From the IMG/VR virus record IMGVR_UViG_3300009370_000002: 64,000 nucleotides of DNA; one strand, written 5' to 3'. Made by a program: the position numbers and the translations under genes. Numbering within the stretch: the first letter of the stretch is position 1; the number at the start of each line of letters is the position of its first letter. This DNA is from a virus. Below, in pieces: positions 1 through 8,693 of this stretch. The notes under the pieces are model-generated. The model searched no databases, was not told the origin of the DNA, and saw nothing but the letters and a program-made list of their open reading frames with translations.

Positions 1-42
1 TGCTGACATGGTTCTGAACTGATAAGTGATAACGTGCATGGA

Positions 43-216
43 TTATGCCTCTGCTGGGTTAGGGTGGGTTAGAACAGCTTGTAAGATAGTTGCTTCAACT
101 TGCTTTCTGATCTCTTCTGGTTGGTTAGCTGCTTCTTTCAGTGCGGCTTGCATTGTAACGAAGGCAACGAAGTTGACTGCAAAGGTTTGAGATTTGGTTA
201 TCTGAGTAGGTTCCAT
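43..216 (-). CDS. small hypothetical protein (57 aa, MEPTQITKSQ...)
   Basis: Manually translated. GGAGTTCAA-ATG RBS is identical to that of 309..614; lies downstream of a repeat promoter. Confidence 0.6.
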   Translation of the reverse strand: MEPTQITKSQTFAVNFVAFVTMQAALKEAANQPEEIRKQVEATILQAVLTHPNPAEA

Positions 217-247
217 TTGAACTCCAATGTGTTGAGGTGATATATAT

Positions 248-301
248 AATTTAACCGCTTGAGCCGATTTGTCAAGGGAAGGAACGGACAGAAAATGTCC
301 G
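248..301 (-). promoter_or_regulatory. repeat promoter module 1: TTGACA-N16-TAAATT with CGGACA-N5-TGTCCG palindrome 10 bp upstream
   Basis: Plus-strand tgtcaa 270-275; palindrome 285-301. Confidence 0.7.
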
Positions 302-308
302 CTTAGTC

Positions 309-614
309 TTAGCTGCGGAGTTCCGACATGTCCTTCCAGTAGAAGTCGCCATCATCATCGTAACCATTCCAGCAAGTCTCTGGATAGCTGGTATCCTCAT
401 AATCCCCCAGGTCGTAAGACTCTGGATAGATTGCATCAAACAGTCTGTCAGTGTCTTCGGAGCTAAGCTCCAGAAGCTCATCAAAGTTGGCAAGGAAAGC
501 ATGGAAGTGTTGCCACTCTGGAACCAGCTTCCTGATTTGCTGGATATGCCAATCAGATAGGCGAGTGATAGAAGGGTTAGAAGCTGAGCGAACTGGGCAA
601 GAAATGACATCCAT
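309..614 (-). CDS. acidic hypothetical protein (101 aa)
   Basis: GGAG RBS 5 nt before ATG; preferred over the overlapping 272..649 frame. Confidence 0.6.
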   Translation of the reverse strand: MDVISCPVRSASNPSITRLSDWHIQQIRKLVPEWQHFHAFLANFDELLELSSEDTDRLFDAIYPESYDLGDYEDTSYPETCWNGYDDDGDFYWKDMSELRS

Positions 615-666
615 TTGAACTCCGAAGGAAAAGGGAAAAGCGAAAACATTTTGTTCTCATGTATAT

Positions 667-711
667 AATGTATCCCGTTCTGAATGATTTGTCACGGACA
701 GAAAATGTCCG
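667..711 (-). promoter_or_regulatory. repeat promoter module 2: CGGACA-N5-TGTCC-GTGACA-N17-TACATT
   Basis: Palindrome 695-711 abuts a near-canonical -35 (690-695); 17-bp spacer; -10 at 667-672. Confidence 0.8.
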
Positions 712-756
712 CTTTGCATATTTCTCCAGCTTGCCAGGTCCAGCGTAGCTGGGCTT

Positions 757-894
757 AGTTATGTCAAGTATTTGAGCCTTCCTTAGTTATGTCAAGTTTT
801 GACATTTCCCTGACATTCTGAGTTATGTCAAGTATTTGCGTAACGAAGTTACGTTATGTTGTTACGAAGTAACAAGAATGTTACGAATTGATCA
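757..894. repeat. iteron-like direct repeats AGTTATGTCAAGT x3, inverted TGACAT half-sites and GTAAC/GTTAC(GAAG) repeats
   Basis: Copies at 757-769, 785-797, 821-833; TGACAT at 800-805 and 811-816; non-coding context. Confidence 0.75.
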
Positions 895-1438
895 CGGCAA
901 AGCCCCAGACTCTACCATCACATTAGGGGAGTCCGGAGCTATGTCTATATTGGTTTGAGTTTGAACCTGTCTTTTGTTACTCGGTTGCCTGTATCAGTAT
1001 TCGAGGGCTTTTCATCCTCCGGTCTTATGTGGCATTGCTTTATGCTGAGGTTGCGGAAACAAATGGCTTGTTCTCAAATACGTAGTCCGCACACACGGAA
1101 AACGCACATAACACACACGAATTATACTGTTTTTGGTTGTTTTATGGCTTTTTAACGCACTTTTAACAGTGTTTTGCTTGACTTTTTGGGAGAAAGGGTT
1201 TGATTGACTCTATCTGTGACATACTGACTGAATATCATAATAACTAACCTCATTATTCATTAGCAATACTACAGAACACTTTGAAACCCAACAACCAGAA
1301 CCTATGATTTGTTTGCTTAAATGCTTGAATTCACACGCTTTTGCACTGATACGGCTAAGGGGTGTACCCCCGTAGGGTAGGAGGGTAGGGTAGTAGGGCA
1401 TACAGGCAGTCAGGGGCAGGGTAGCAGGTAACAAAATA

Positions 1439-1693
1439 TTATTTAATGATACTAAGGTTTTCATTAAGAGATACGAAGTCAATGTATACATCATGCTCAT
1501 CAAGTTCAAACCAGAATACATCACCACTACCATCTATTACCTGTATCCTCCACCACTCATAGTATTCACCTCCTGTTCTACCTGTTTCTGATTCATGCTC
1601 CTTATCCAATACCGTTGCATATCCTCCGGTAAAGCCTTTGCATCTAAGGAGCATCCCTATCTCTATGTCCTCTCCTTTAGCTACCTTACTCAT
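1439..1693 (-). CDS. SH3-like small hypothetical protein
   Basis: IGMLL...GYATVL...W...V pattern resembles the mini-protein family; overlaps the next gene at TAATG. Confidence 0.55.
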   Translation of the reverse strand: MSKVAKGEDIEIGMLLRCKGFTGGYATVLDKEHESETGRTGGEYYEWWRIQVIDGSGDVFWFELDEHDVYIDFVSLNENLSIIK

Positions 1694-2022
1694 TAACGAT
1701 ACCCTCTATTCGCTTTCTCTCTATGCTTCATAAGAAATTTATTTTCTTGTGTCTCGGATGCAAGGTGTTCATGAATGGCATCAGTGGTTTTGCAATCCCA
1801 TACCTTGCAATGCCTAATGTTCCTTGCCAGCCTTCGGGCTATAGCTAACGGGAGGTTTGATGATATGAAGCGTCCGGTTTGGATATGGGTTACATTCCAG
1901 CTATATGAACCCTCTTTGCCTTTCCTTCGGTTAACCATCAATGGATAGTAATGCTCAAAGCTTCCCTCTTCTGGTTCCATTATGTTATTGTTACTCGCTA
2001 CCATGTAAAAGCCTTTCTTCAT
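1693..2022 (-). CDS. hypothetical protein (109 aa)
   Basis: TAATG-coupled to neighbours; AGAGG RBS. Confidence 0.6.
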   Translation of the reverse strand: MKKGFYMVASNNNIMEPEEGSFEHYYPLMVNRRKGKEGSYSWNVTHIQTGRFISSNLPLAIARRLARNIRHCKVWDCKTTDAIHEHLASETQENKFLMKHREKANRGYR

Positions 2023-2312
2023 TATCGCACCTCTTTCAGTTGGATTTTGGTTAGTTGCCTATCGGCTCGGTTGTAACGTCTGCAAGCTTCCCTTAATGCC
2101 TGCTGTCCTCTCGTTAAATACCTCTTCTCTGTCTTGGCTGTTATCAGTTCTGAATAGTGTTTATTTATTTTGCTCATGTAGTCTCCATTAGTAGCGTGGT
2201 GCATATCGTTGCCTTCGAGTGTAAGCCTCACTTGAACCCCAAGAAGCTGAAGCCCTTCGGTACTCATCTTTCCAGCTATCTTCTGGTTCCCAGCCATAGC
2301 CTTTATCGGCAT
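2022..2312 (-). CDS. basic hypothetical protein (<=96 aa)
   Basis: GAGGT RBS; stop overlaps the next start; exact start uncertain. Confidence 0.45.
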   Translation of the reverse strand: MPIKAMAGNQKIAGKMSTEGLQLLGVQVRLTLEGNDMHHATNGDYMSKINKHYSELITAKTEKRYLTRGQQALREACRRYNRADRQLTKIQLKEVR

Positions 2313-2820
2313 AGTTAACCTCTATCTGATCCGCATTAATCCAGTGAGCTATTCCATCCTCACCCTTGAAGCCGATTCGGTTATCTCGGATGTAGAAGAT
2401 GATTCCCTCGGTTCCCTTGGCTACCTTACGTCCTTTGATAGCTCGACAGGTTGCACCTTTGGTTGGGGCGCACAGAGTAGCTTTGAAGCCCTGCTCTGCT
2501 TTCTTTGCCCTGCGCTCGGCTTCCTTACGCTCGTTTTCACGCTCGATGTCCTCTTGGATAAGAAGATAGATGGCATAATCTTCAGCATACTCGCCAGTGG
2601 TGATGTCAGGAGCAATCACACCGTGGCTATCGCAGCCCATGTAATTGATGTTGACTTGAATCCACTTGGTGGTTTCTTCTTCTGGAAGCCAAACCAAAGC
2701 ATAGTCAGCAGTGGTATACACATCGCTCATAGCTCTGTATTCACGAGTTTCGGACTTGATAACGCAGCCAATGTGCTTGATTGAGAATTGCTTACCATTA
2801 GAAAGATAACGAATAGCCAT
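2188..2820 (-). CDS. hypothetical protein with C-terminal SH3-like segment (GRKVAKGTEGIIF...WINADQIEV)
   Basis: Start MAIRYL with GGAG RBS, directly downstream of module 3. Confidence 0.6.
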   Translation of the reverse strand: MAIRYLSNGKQFSIKHIGCVIKSETREYRAMSDVYTTADYALVWLPEEETTKWIQVNINYMGCDSHGVIAPDITTGEYAEDYAIYLLIQEDIERENERKEAERRAKKAEQGFKATLCAPTKGATCRAIKGRKVAKGTEGIIFYIRDNRIGFKGEDGIAHWINADQIEVNYADKGYGWEPEDSWKDEYRRASASWGSSEAYTRRQRYAPRY

Positions 2821-2883
2821 AATAAGGACTCCAAAAAGGGAAAGAAGAAAAAAGAAAAGTGAAAGTGTTTGTCTCATGTATAT

Positions 2884-2927
2884 AATGTATCCTACTCTGC
2901 TCTGATTGGGTAGGACAAAAAGTGTCC
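2884..2927 (-). promoter_or_regulatory. repeat promoter module 3 (GGACA-N5-TGTCC-TACCCA-N17-TACATT)
   Basis: -10 at 2884-89, -35 at 2907-12, palindrome 2913-27. Confidence 0.85.
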
Positions 2928-2931
2928 GATT

Positions 2932-3075
2932 TCAAAGTTCCTTGAAGTGAAGCTCACAACCTTGATAGATGAAACCGTTTGGATACATAACCATTATCTC
3001 ATTGAACTCATTGTAGCCAAGATAGATAACGTACTCACCTCTCTTTTCATCGAGCATCAAGCATCCTATTGCCAT
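2932..3075 (-). CDS. small hypothetical protein (47 aa, MAIGCLMLDEKRGEYV...)
   Basis: Manually translated; GAGGT RBS; weak resemblance to the SH3-like family. Confidence 0.45.
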   Translation of the reverse strand: MAIGCLMLDEKRGEYVIYLGYNEFNEIMVMYPNGFIYQGCELHFKEL

Positions 3076-3076
3076 C

Positions 3077-3292
3077 TTAGCTCACCTCTGTGATAAAGTC
3101 GAAGTCCACAAGATTTTCGTTAATCGATGTCAGGTTCTCCAACTGCTCTTCTGATACAATGTCATATTGCTCTTCCTCATTGTCATAGATGACAAACATA
3201 AGACGCTCAAGGTTCTTGGCTATGCGTTCTGCTCTTTTGATTGCTACGCTCTCGACTTTTCGCCACTGGTTGTTCTTGGTATTACTTGGCAT
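3077..3292 (-). CDS. hypothetical protein (71 aa)
   Basis: First gene after module 4; GGAG RBS. Confidence 0.6.
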   Translation of the reverse strand: MPSNTKNNQWRKVESVAIKRAERIAKNLERLMFVIYDNEEEQYDIVSEEQLENLTSINENLVDFDFITEVS

Positions 3293-3323
3293 ATTGAAGC
3301 TCCACTGTTTGGGTTATGCTTAT

Positions 3324-3367
3324 AATGTATGCTGTTCTGGTTCATTTGGGTAGGACAAATATTGTCC
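3324..3367 (-). promoter_or_regulatory. repeat promoter module 4
   Basis: -10 at 3324-29, -35 TACCCA at 3347-52, palindrome 3353-67. Confidence 0.85.
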
Positions 3368-3372
3368 GATTA

Positions 3373-3657
3373 TCATAAATCCTCTGTATCGTCGTCATAG
3401 CTCCAATAATCGCTACTGTAAAGCCATTCATCGATATTGGATAACACCTCTTCAAGGGTTATCCCCTTTGCTCCTCCTACCTCAGTGTAGCTGCTAACAT
3501 CACCTGTTGGTGATGCTCTGAATACCAGGGTCTCCTCTAAAAGGGTGTTCTCAGAGACTACATAGAATTCGCCCTTGTGATGAACAAGCTTCCTTCTCAG
3601 CTTGCCTCGGTTGCCTTCCATTTCATATACCTTTTCTGATCCGTCGATAATATTCAT
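3373..3657 (-). CDS. hypothetical protein (94 aa)
   Basis: ORF track; in operon with 3660..3953. Confidence 0.6.
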   Translation of the reverse strand: MNIIDGSEKVYEMEGNRGKLRRKLVHHKGEFYVVSENTLLEETLVFRASPTGDVSSYTEVGGAKGITLEEVLSNIDEWLYSSDYWSYDDDTEDL

Positions 3658-3659
3658 AG

Positions 3660-3953
3660 TTACACTCTCCTTATCAAGTCAGCTTCCTTAGCTGCATCGG
3701 GTGTCATGGTTAGGTTAGCTTCATAAGCTGCATAGCCCACATGGGTTGAAGTGGTTTGGCTTATGTAGTGTCCACCTTTGATTGAGCGATATTCCAAAGC
3801 TACCTTAGTGCCATCGTCAAGGGTGATTCCAATAAGCTGGCTGTAGCTGTACAAGTCTTCTCCATTGGTTGAAAGCTGCCCATTGTGGCTTTGTGCTCCT
3901 CTTCCAATTGACCATTTTCTGGCTACGTTTCGATTGGTTGTTCTGTTAGACAT
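3660..3953 (-). CDS. hypothetical protein (97 aa)
   Basis: AGGAG RBS downstream of module 5. Confidence 0.65.
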   Translation of the reverse strand: MSNRTTNRNVARKWSIGRGAQSHNGQLSTNGEDLYSYSQLIGITLDDGTKVALEYRSIKGGHYISQTTSTHVGYAAYEANLTMTPDAAKEADLIRRV

Positions 3954-3979
3954 GTTAGCTCCTTTGCTTGGGTGTCTTT

Positions 3980-4010
3980 AATGTATCTCGTTCGGGGGTA
4001 TCTGGGTAGG
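3980..4010 (-). promoter_or_regulatory. repeat promoter module 5 (TACCCA-N17-TACATT, palindrome absent)
   Basis: -10 at 3980-85, -35 at 4003-08; no GGACA/TGTCC upstream. Confidence 0.7.
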
Positions 4011-4280
4011 GTGGTTTCTTTTTTTCTTTCCCAGCTTGTGAATTGCTGCTTGTGTACCATTCACTATTCAGCCTGCTTCTTGTTATTCTTCTTCTGAGGA
4101 ATTTGCTCATGGTTTAAGTCTCCTTGGTTATCAGATGGACGGATGGGCTTTACCTTCCCATCCTGCATCCTCTTTTTGATTTGCTCCAATATCATTCGAT
4201 ATTGCATCCTTCCTATGTTTCCTATCATCATACATACCTCATAGCCGTCGAAAACGGCTCAAAATAGGGCTTTAAGCCCT

Positions 4281-5480
4281 TTAGGGTTCTATCACTATCA
4301 CTCGTTCGTTTGTAGTGAAATATTGGGCACCTTTGCCCTCTGTATCAGTCATCCACATTCTTTGGCACTTGGATGGGATAGGCTTTGGAGCACACATATC
4401 GGTTAGGATGATATGCCCGTCGAATTGACGTTCATTGACATACTTGGTTGGTGCATTGAAGCAGGTTCCACCGCAGAGCACTCTATCCCAAGTGATACGC
4501 TTGCCTTTTTTCCAAACATAAACATGTTCTTCACCTACCTCAGTATCGAAGGGAACCACGGTAAACTCTGCATACTTGGCAAGGCTACCAAGCTCGGTAA
4601 AGAAGGCAGCAAGCATCTTGTCAGATACAGAACCTGACTGGTCGATAGAGATAGCTATCTTGGCAGTTCTGGTTACCTTCTTTCCAGCATGGATATAGGG
4701 AAACCGCTTGTTAATTCGTCGAACGGTGCTACGCTTGTTGGACTTCTGAGAAGTCTTAATGAAGTAGCGAAGAACCTTTCTCCAATCGACTTTGGGATTA
4801 ATCATATCCATAATCTTCTTACGAGTAGCAGAAGACACGGATCCCCAAGAGCCTCGACTGGATGCTTCCTTAGCTGCATCTTCTACAGCCTGTCGAAGAC
4901 GTTCTTTAGCCATAGCCTTAGTCTCGGCATCAGCTTCACCCCATCCACTGTGGTCATCGAGAGGTTGAGGGTTACCGCTTCCACCCTGCCCATCGCCAGG
5001 ATCTCCACCTTCTCCACCTTCACCCTCACCATCGTTTGGTTGCATATCGGGATCCTTTTGAAGCTCCTCAAAATACCACTCAGCAGACTTGCCGGATGGA
5101 TACTTTGCAAACTTATCCTTTCCAGGGATTAAAGCACCTTCTGGAAGCTTATCAGAGATATGACTGTTGATGGATAAGTCTGTAGCTATATTCCATAGCA
5201 TGGACATACCCTCTGGGGGTAGTCTGCCTGTAACATGCTCAAAGATGATATGGTAGAATTCGTGCATCAGAACACCGGATAAGTGATTGTCCTCAAGTCC
5301 TGCCATAAACTCTGGGTTATACACCATCTCGAATTGAGCGGTATCTTTGTTGAGCTTCACACCTGCTGTAGGTATGGCATTGGTTGCCATCTTGGTTATC
5401 CTTCGAGAGAGAGCAGCAAAGAAAGGCTCTTGTCGAAGGAGAGCAAAAGTATGAGCATTTAAATCAAATGGTTTTGTCAT
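4281..5480 (-). CDS. VWA-like domain protein with N-terminal HExxH metallopeptidase-like domain (DUF2201-type)
   Basis: HEFYH motif; MIDAS-like DQSGS; Gly/Asp-rich linker; adjacent to a MoxR-type ATPase. Confidence 0.85.
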   Translation of the reverse strand: MTKPFDLNAHTFALLRQEPFFAALSRRITKMATNAIPTAGVKLNKDTAQFEMVYNPEFMAGLEDNHLSGVLMHEFYHIIFEHVTGRLPPEGMSMLWNIATDLSINSHISDKLPEGALIPGKDKFAKYPSGKSAEWYFEELQKDPDMQPNDGEGEGGEGGDPGDGQGGSGNPQPLDDHSGWGEADAETKAMAKERLRQAVEDAAKEASSRGSWGSVSSATRKKIMDMINPKVDWRKVLRYFIKTSQKSNKRSTVRRINKRFPYIHAGKKVTRTAKIAISIDQSGSVSDKMLAAFFTELGSLAKYAEFTVVPFDTEVGEEHVYVWKKGKRITWDRVLCGGTCFNAPTKYVNERQFDGHIILTDMCAPKPIPSKCQRMWMTDTEGKGAQYFTTNERVIVIEP

Positions 5481-5506
5481 TGGGATTACTCCTTGGTTGT
5501 GTCTAT

Positions 5507-5550
5507 AATATAGCTCATTGCTCAGAGGTTGGGTAGGACATTAAATGTCC
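5507..5550 (-). promoter_or_regulatory. repeat promoter module 6
   Basis: -10 TATATT at 5507-12, -35 at 5530-35, palindrome 5536-50. Confidence 0.85.
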
Positions 5551-5759
5551 GTTTTCACCCTTCCCCTACATGCCTTGCGATTAGCTTCCCTCTTCTTGTC
5601 TTTATGGCTACCAGAACCAGACTTGAAGTGTGCAGCCACTGCTATCCAGTTACGCTGCTTAGGTTTATCATTCTTTCGTTTCTTTGGCTTGTTAAACATA
5701 CCAACTCCTGTATAATAGCTTGAAGGTCTAGGGGTTACAAATGGTTTATTGTTATTCAT
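5541..5759 (-). CDS. small basic hypothetical protein (72 aa)
   Basis: GGAGGT RBS; stop codon lies inside the module 6 palindrome. Confidence 0.65.
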   Translation of the reverse strand: MNNNKPFVTPRPSSYYTGVGMFNKPKKRKNDKPKQRNWIAVAAHFKSGSGSHKDKKREANRKACRGRVKTDI

Positions 5760-5769
5760 AAGTCACCTC

Positions 5770-6822
5770 CTACTTACGGTTCATGAGTTGAACGATGTGC
5801 ATATTAACCTTAGTACCATCCTTAGTGGTTGTACCGTGGAAACCTGCGATGTTCTGTGAACACTTAGCCTTTCCGATATGAGTCCAGATAGTCATTGCAA
5901 TCTCACTTGGTAGAGATACGAAGTACTCTGCAAGGTTAGTTAGCTGATTCTTACTCATAGGCTCGGCAAACAAGTCAACAGCTTTCATCTTCTCGATAAG
6001 AGCAAGGTGGTCGTTGTTAGCGAAGTCCTTGATAAGCTCGAATTTGCCATCGTCGATGATGTCAGTGACATTGACTTGACGTTTGTAGTTCTTAATGAAG
6101 TCATTAAGGGCTACTGAAGCTTCCATACCAACGAAAGCATGGCTAAGGTGATACAGTGTAGTACCAGATTCGATTTTATTCAAGCCACGAAGTGCCTTGT
6201 CAAGGCGAACCCAAGAGCGACGAGAAGGATAAACCTTGTTAGGCTCATACTCATCCTTATGCTCAAGGTGGCTATGATTCTGGTTAATGAAATCCCAAAG
6301 CTCAACAGAGACTTTGCTCTTTGCCCATGATAGCCAGTCTTCGACTGTAGGCTCTACATCGAACACAGTGTAACGATCAAGCTCTGCTGGATCCATTTCA
6401 CCGACTTGATACTGAGCACCGTGATCTCCACCATTAACAGCAGCAAAGATAAGAGTATCTGGATGCAGGACTTGCCCTGCAATCTTACGGCTATCGCATA
6501 GCTCAAAGATACCTTGACGGACTTCCATCGTAGCTCTATCAACTTCATCAAGGAAGAGAAGCACTGGCTTAGTGCAAGCAGTGTGCAACCATTCTGGTGC
6601 AAGCCACTTAGTGACACCTTTCTCGACTTTTGGCAAGCCAAGCAAATCACCCTCTGTCATCTGTGAAGCTCGACGCTCGACAACAGGCAAACCTAAGTCT
6701 TTTGCAGTCTGATATACAAGCTCGGATTTACCGATACCGTGCCTACCACGAATAAGTACAGGGTACTTAGCAAAGATGATGTGAGAGATTACTGAGTTGA
6801 ATGTTTGAAAATCAATAGCCAT
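5770..6822 (-). CDS. MoxR-type AAA+ ATPase
   Basis: Walker A GRHGIGKS, Walker B LFLDE, MDPAELDRY, PSRRSW. Confidence 0.88.
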   Translation of the reverse strand: MAIDFQTFNSVISHIIFAKYPVLIRGRHGIGKSELVYQTAKDLGLPVVERRASQMTEGDLLGLPKVEKGVTKWLAPEWLHTACTKPVLLFLDEVDRATMEVRQGIFELCDSRKIAGQVLHPDTLIFAAVNGGDHGAQYQVGEMDPAELDRYTVFDVEPTVEDWLSWAKSKVSVELWDFINQNHSHLEHKDEYEPNKVYPSRRSWVRLDKALRGLNKIESGTTLYHLSHAFVGMEASVALNDFIKNYKRQVNVTDIIDDGKFELIKDFANNDHLALIEKMKAVDLFAEPMSKNQLTNLAEYFVSLPSEIAMTIWTHIGKAKCSQNIAGFHGTTTKDGTKVNMHIVQLMNRK

Positions 6823-6870
6823 GATAGGACTCCAAGATTGTGGTTAAGGTTTCTGTTTGTTTGTATCTAT

Positions 6871-6914
6871 AATGTAATTAGTTATGTTCTGTTTGGGTAG
6901 GACATTTTCTGTCC
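6871..6914 (-). promoter_or_regulatory. repeat promoter module 7
   Basis: -10 at 6871-76, -35 at 6894-99, palindrome 6900-14. Confidence 0.85.
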
Positions 6915-6919
6915 GTTTT

Positions 6920-7153
6920 TTATATCGCCTCTTTTTCCTCTTCAGAATCTTCATCCCATTCAGAGTCTTCACACTCTACATCGCCCATGACGATTTGTGT
7001 GCCATCTTCCTCCCCATAAAGTTCCGCTGGTTCTAAATCGTTTAGCATATCATATCCCTTTCTCTCTGCTTCATCATAAGACTCGGCTTCGACTTCGATT
7101 CGATAGTGACGCTCTATGTATCCATAAACTATGAAAGTTGTTTTCTTCGGCAT
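6920..7153 (-). CDS. small acidic protein (VEAESYDEA motif)
   Basis: GGAGG RBS downstream of module 8. Confidence 0.65.
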   Translation of the reverse strand: MPKKTTFIVYGYIERHYRIEVEAESYDEAERKGYDMLNDLEPAELYGEEDGTQIVMGDVECEDSEWDEDSEEEKEAI

Positions 7154-7175
7154 GTTGCCTCCTTGGTATGTTTAT

Positions 7176-7219
7176 AATATATGCTGTTTCAGTCTGTTTG
7201 GGTAGGACATTTTTTGTCC
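7176..7219 (-). promoter_or_regulatory. repeat promoter module 8
   Basis: -10 at 7176-81, -35 at 7199-7204, palindrome 7205-19. Confidence 0.85.
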
Positions 7220-7220
7220 G

Positions 7221-7397
7221 TTATGAGATTCTTTTGAAATATTCTGGTTCCATCCATTTTTTCTCTGATCTGAAGTAGCGTCCATCATTAAGGAAAACCA
7301 CCAGATACATAACTCCCTTTCCTTGGAAGTCTTCTATCCTTGTTATGATACCAGTGCGTTGGTAGAAGTTATCCTTTACTAAATCACCTACTTTCAT
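7221..7397 (-). CDS. SH3/KOW-like mini-protein (58 aa, MKVGDLVKDNFYQRTGII...)
   Basis: Manually translated; below the ORF-track cutoff; ATGA coupling. Confidence 0.75.
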   Translation of the reverse strand: MKVGDLVKDNFYQRTGIITRIEDFQGKGVMYLVVFLNDGRYFRSEKKWMEPEYFKRIS

Positions 7398-7570
7398 GAT
7401 ACTACCTCTAAGTTGTCAGGGAAATTCCACGTTACTTCACCGCTCTCAGCCCAATAAATATCGCAGCAATGGGTATCATCTTCAATGTATAGGTTCACCA
7501 CGATGCCGATGCCCTTGGTGAGAAGAAATACCTTATCCTCTCTCATTCTTACTAAGTCACCTATCTTCAT
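7394..7570 (-). CDS. SH3/KOW-like mini-protein (58 aa, MKIGDLVRM...NLEVVS)
   Basis: Manually translated; GAGGT RBS. Confidence 0.75.
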   Translation of the reverse strand: MKIGDLVRMREDKVFLLTKGIGIVVNLYIEDDTHCCDIYWAESGEVTWNFPDNLEVVS

Positions 7571-7769
7571 TGATCACCTCGATTTCATCACCCCACAAGT
7601 CATCGTTTAAGCCATTCGGCCACAGTACCTTGTACAGGGGTTGGCGAGTACCACTGATTTCAATGATTATTCCGTACTCTTCGGGGGAATCATCAAGCTC
7701 AGTGTCTTTCATCCAAGGGTTGACTTGAACCCAGTCACCCTTTAGCTTTACTAAATCACCTACTTGCAT
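7557..7769 (-). CDS. SH3/KOW-like mini-protein (70 aa, MQVGDLVKL...IEVINEDR)
   Basis: Start reassigned to MQVG, which has a GGAGGT RBS. Confidence 0.75.
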   Translation of the reverse strand: MQVGDLVKLKGDWVQVNPWMKDTELDDSPEEYGIIIEISGTRQPLYKVLWPNGLNDDLWGDEIEVINEDR

Positions 7770-7930
7770 GGTGCTACCTCCAGATTGGACATTAAGGAAC
7801 CGACGATTTTGCCAGTGTTCATGAGGGCTATCTTCACGCATCTGATTACGTTAGGCCCTTCCACCACGATGGCAAGCTCACCTCCATCCCTGCAATATCG
7901 CTTAATCCTTACTAAGTCTCCAACTTTCAT
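7760..7930 (-). CDS. SH3/KOW-like mini-protein (56 aa, MKVGDLVRI...NLEVAPCK)
   Basis: Manually translated; first gene after module 9. Confidence 0.75.
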   Translation of the reverse strand: MKVGDLVRIKRYCRDGGELAIVVEGPNVIRCVKIALMNTGKIVGSLMSNLEVAPCK

Positions 7931-7954
7931 GATGCTCTCCTTGGTTATGATAGT

Positions 7955-7998
7955 AATGTATCATACTCAGGGGTAGATGGGTAGGACAGATTATGTCC
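7955..7998 (-). promoter_or_regulatory. repeat promoter module 9
   Basis: -10 at 7955-60, -35 at 7978-83, palindrome 7984-98. Confidence 0.85.
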
Positions 7999-8668
7999 GT
8001 TTTTTCGTTTTGGGTACACGGTGCTTCTTTAGGGACTTCTCTATTACGGTTGTCACCATCGTTCCACCAACTTCCAAAAGCTCATATCGCTTGGTTCCAC
8101 CAAGCTTTTCGTTGTATACATGCGATTTGGTAATAGGCTTATTGCCGATGGTAATCACCATCCAAGAATCAACCTGTCGATGTCGAAAGCCGACATCAGC
8201 ATTAGCTCTGAGGCGAACCAAGTCACCTATAGCAAACTTGGGTTCTGCCTTATGGCTTTCCCATACGTTGTTGGCATACTCGTTGTCCATCATTCGTATG
8301 AAGTCTGAATAATCTGGTAGGTGGGTCTGCTTGCCTTCTATAAAAGCTTTGCAAAGGGTTGCTGTTGTTCGATAGTAGTGGGTATTAAGGTAGTAATCGC
8401 ATATCACTCGTACCTTTTCCCTGTACTCTTCGTCGTTAGCCAGCTTGACTTTCCAGTTGCGGAACCTCTCCATAGCTATGTCACCCAGAGAGTAGTATAT
8501 GGATGCTGCGAAGCTCTTCTGAGCCTGAGTTAGCTCTCTTTCTGTAGTCCTCTGAAATTCTATCATGCTTGTGAGTACCCTTGTATACTTTGGGTTACCC
8601 ATCTCCTCTGCTCTGCCCAGCATCACAGTCATTCTCTCTGGTGAGAAGTCAAAATCTGAAAGTTTCAT
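7991..8668 (-). CDS. hypothetical protein with fused C-terminal SH3/KOW-like domain (KFAIGDLVRL)
   Basis: Sole gene between modules 10 and 9; stop lies inside the palindrome. Confidence 0.75.
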   Translation of the reverse strand: MKLSDFDFSPERMTVMLGRAEEMGNPKYTRVLTSMIEFQRTTERELTQAQKSFAASIYYSLGDIAMERFRNWKVKLANDEEYREKVRVICDYYLNTHYYRTTATLCKAFIEGKQTHLPDYSDFIRMMDNEYANNVWESHKAEPKFAIGDLVRLRANADVGFRHRQVDSWMVITIGNKPITKSHVYNEKLGGTKRYELLEVGGTMVTTVIEKSLKKHRVPKTKKRT

Positions 8669-8693
8669 GATGTTTCTCCTTGGTTATGATAGT

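Noticed and set aside
285-301. Palindrome read as a known LexA/SOS box
   Set aside because: GGACA-N5-TGTCC does not match the LexA boxes I can recall (CTGT-N8-ACAG, GAAC-N4-GTTC, GTTC-N7-GTTC); host regulator binding cannot be excluded without a search.
272-649. 125-aa ORF overlapping 309..614
   Set aside because: The other frame has the RBS shared with 43..216 and a more protein-like composition.
2188-2312. 125-bp overlap of two minus-strand ORFs read as an overprinted gene system
   Set aside because: More simply a read-through tail after the family-typical IEV end, or a later start for 2022..2312.
4243-4280. Twin short hairpins after the VWA gene
   Set aside because: Stems of 5-6 bp, consistent with ordinary termination or processing; nothing further supports them.
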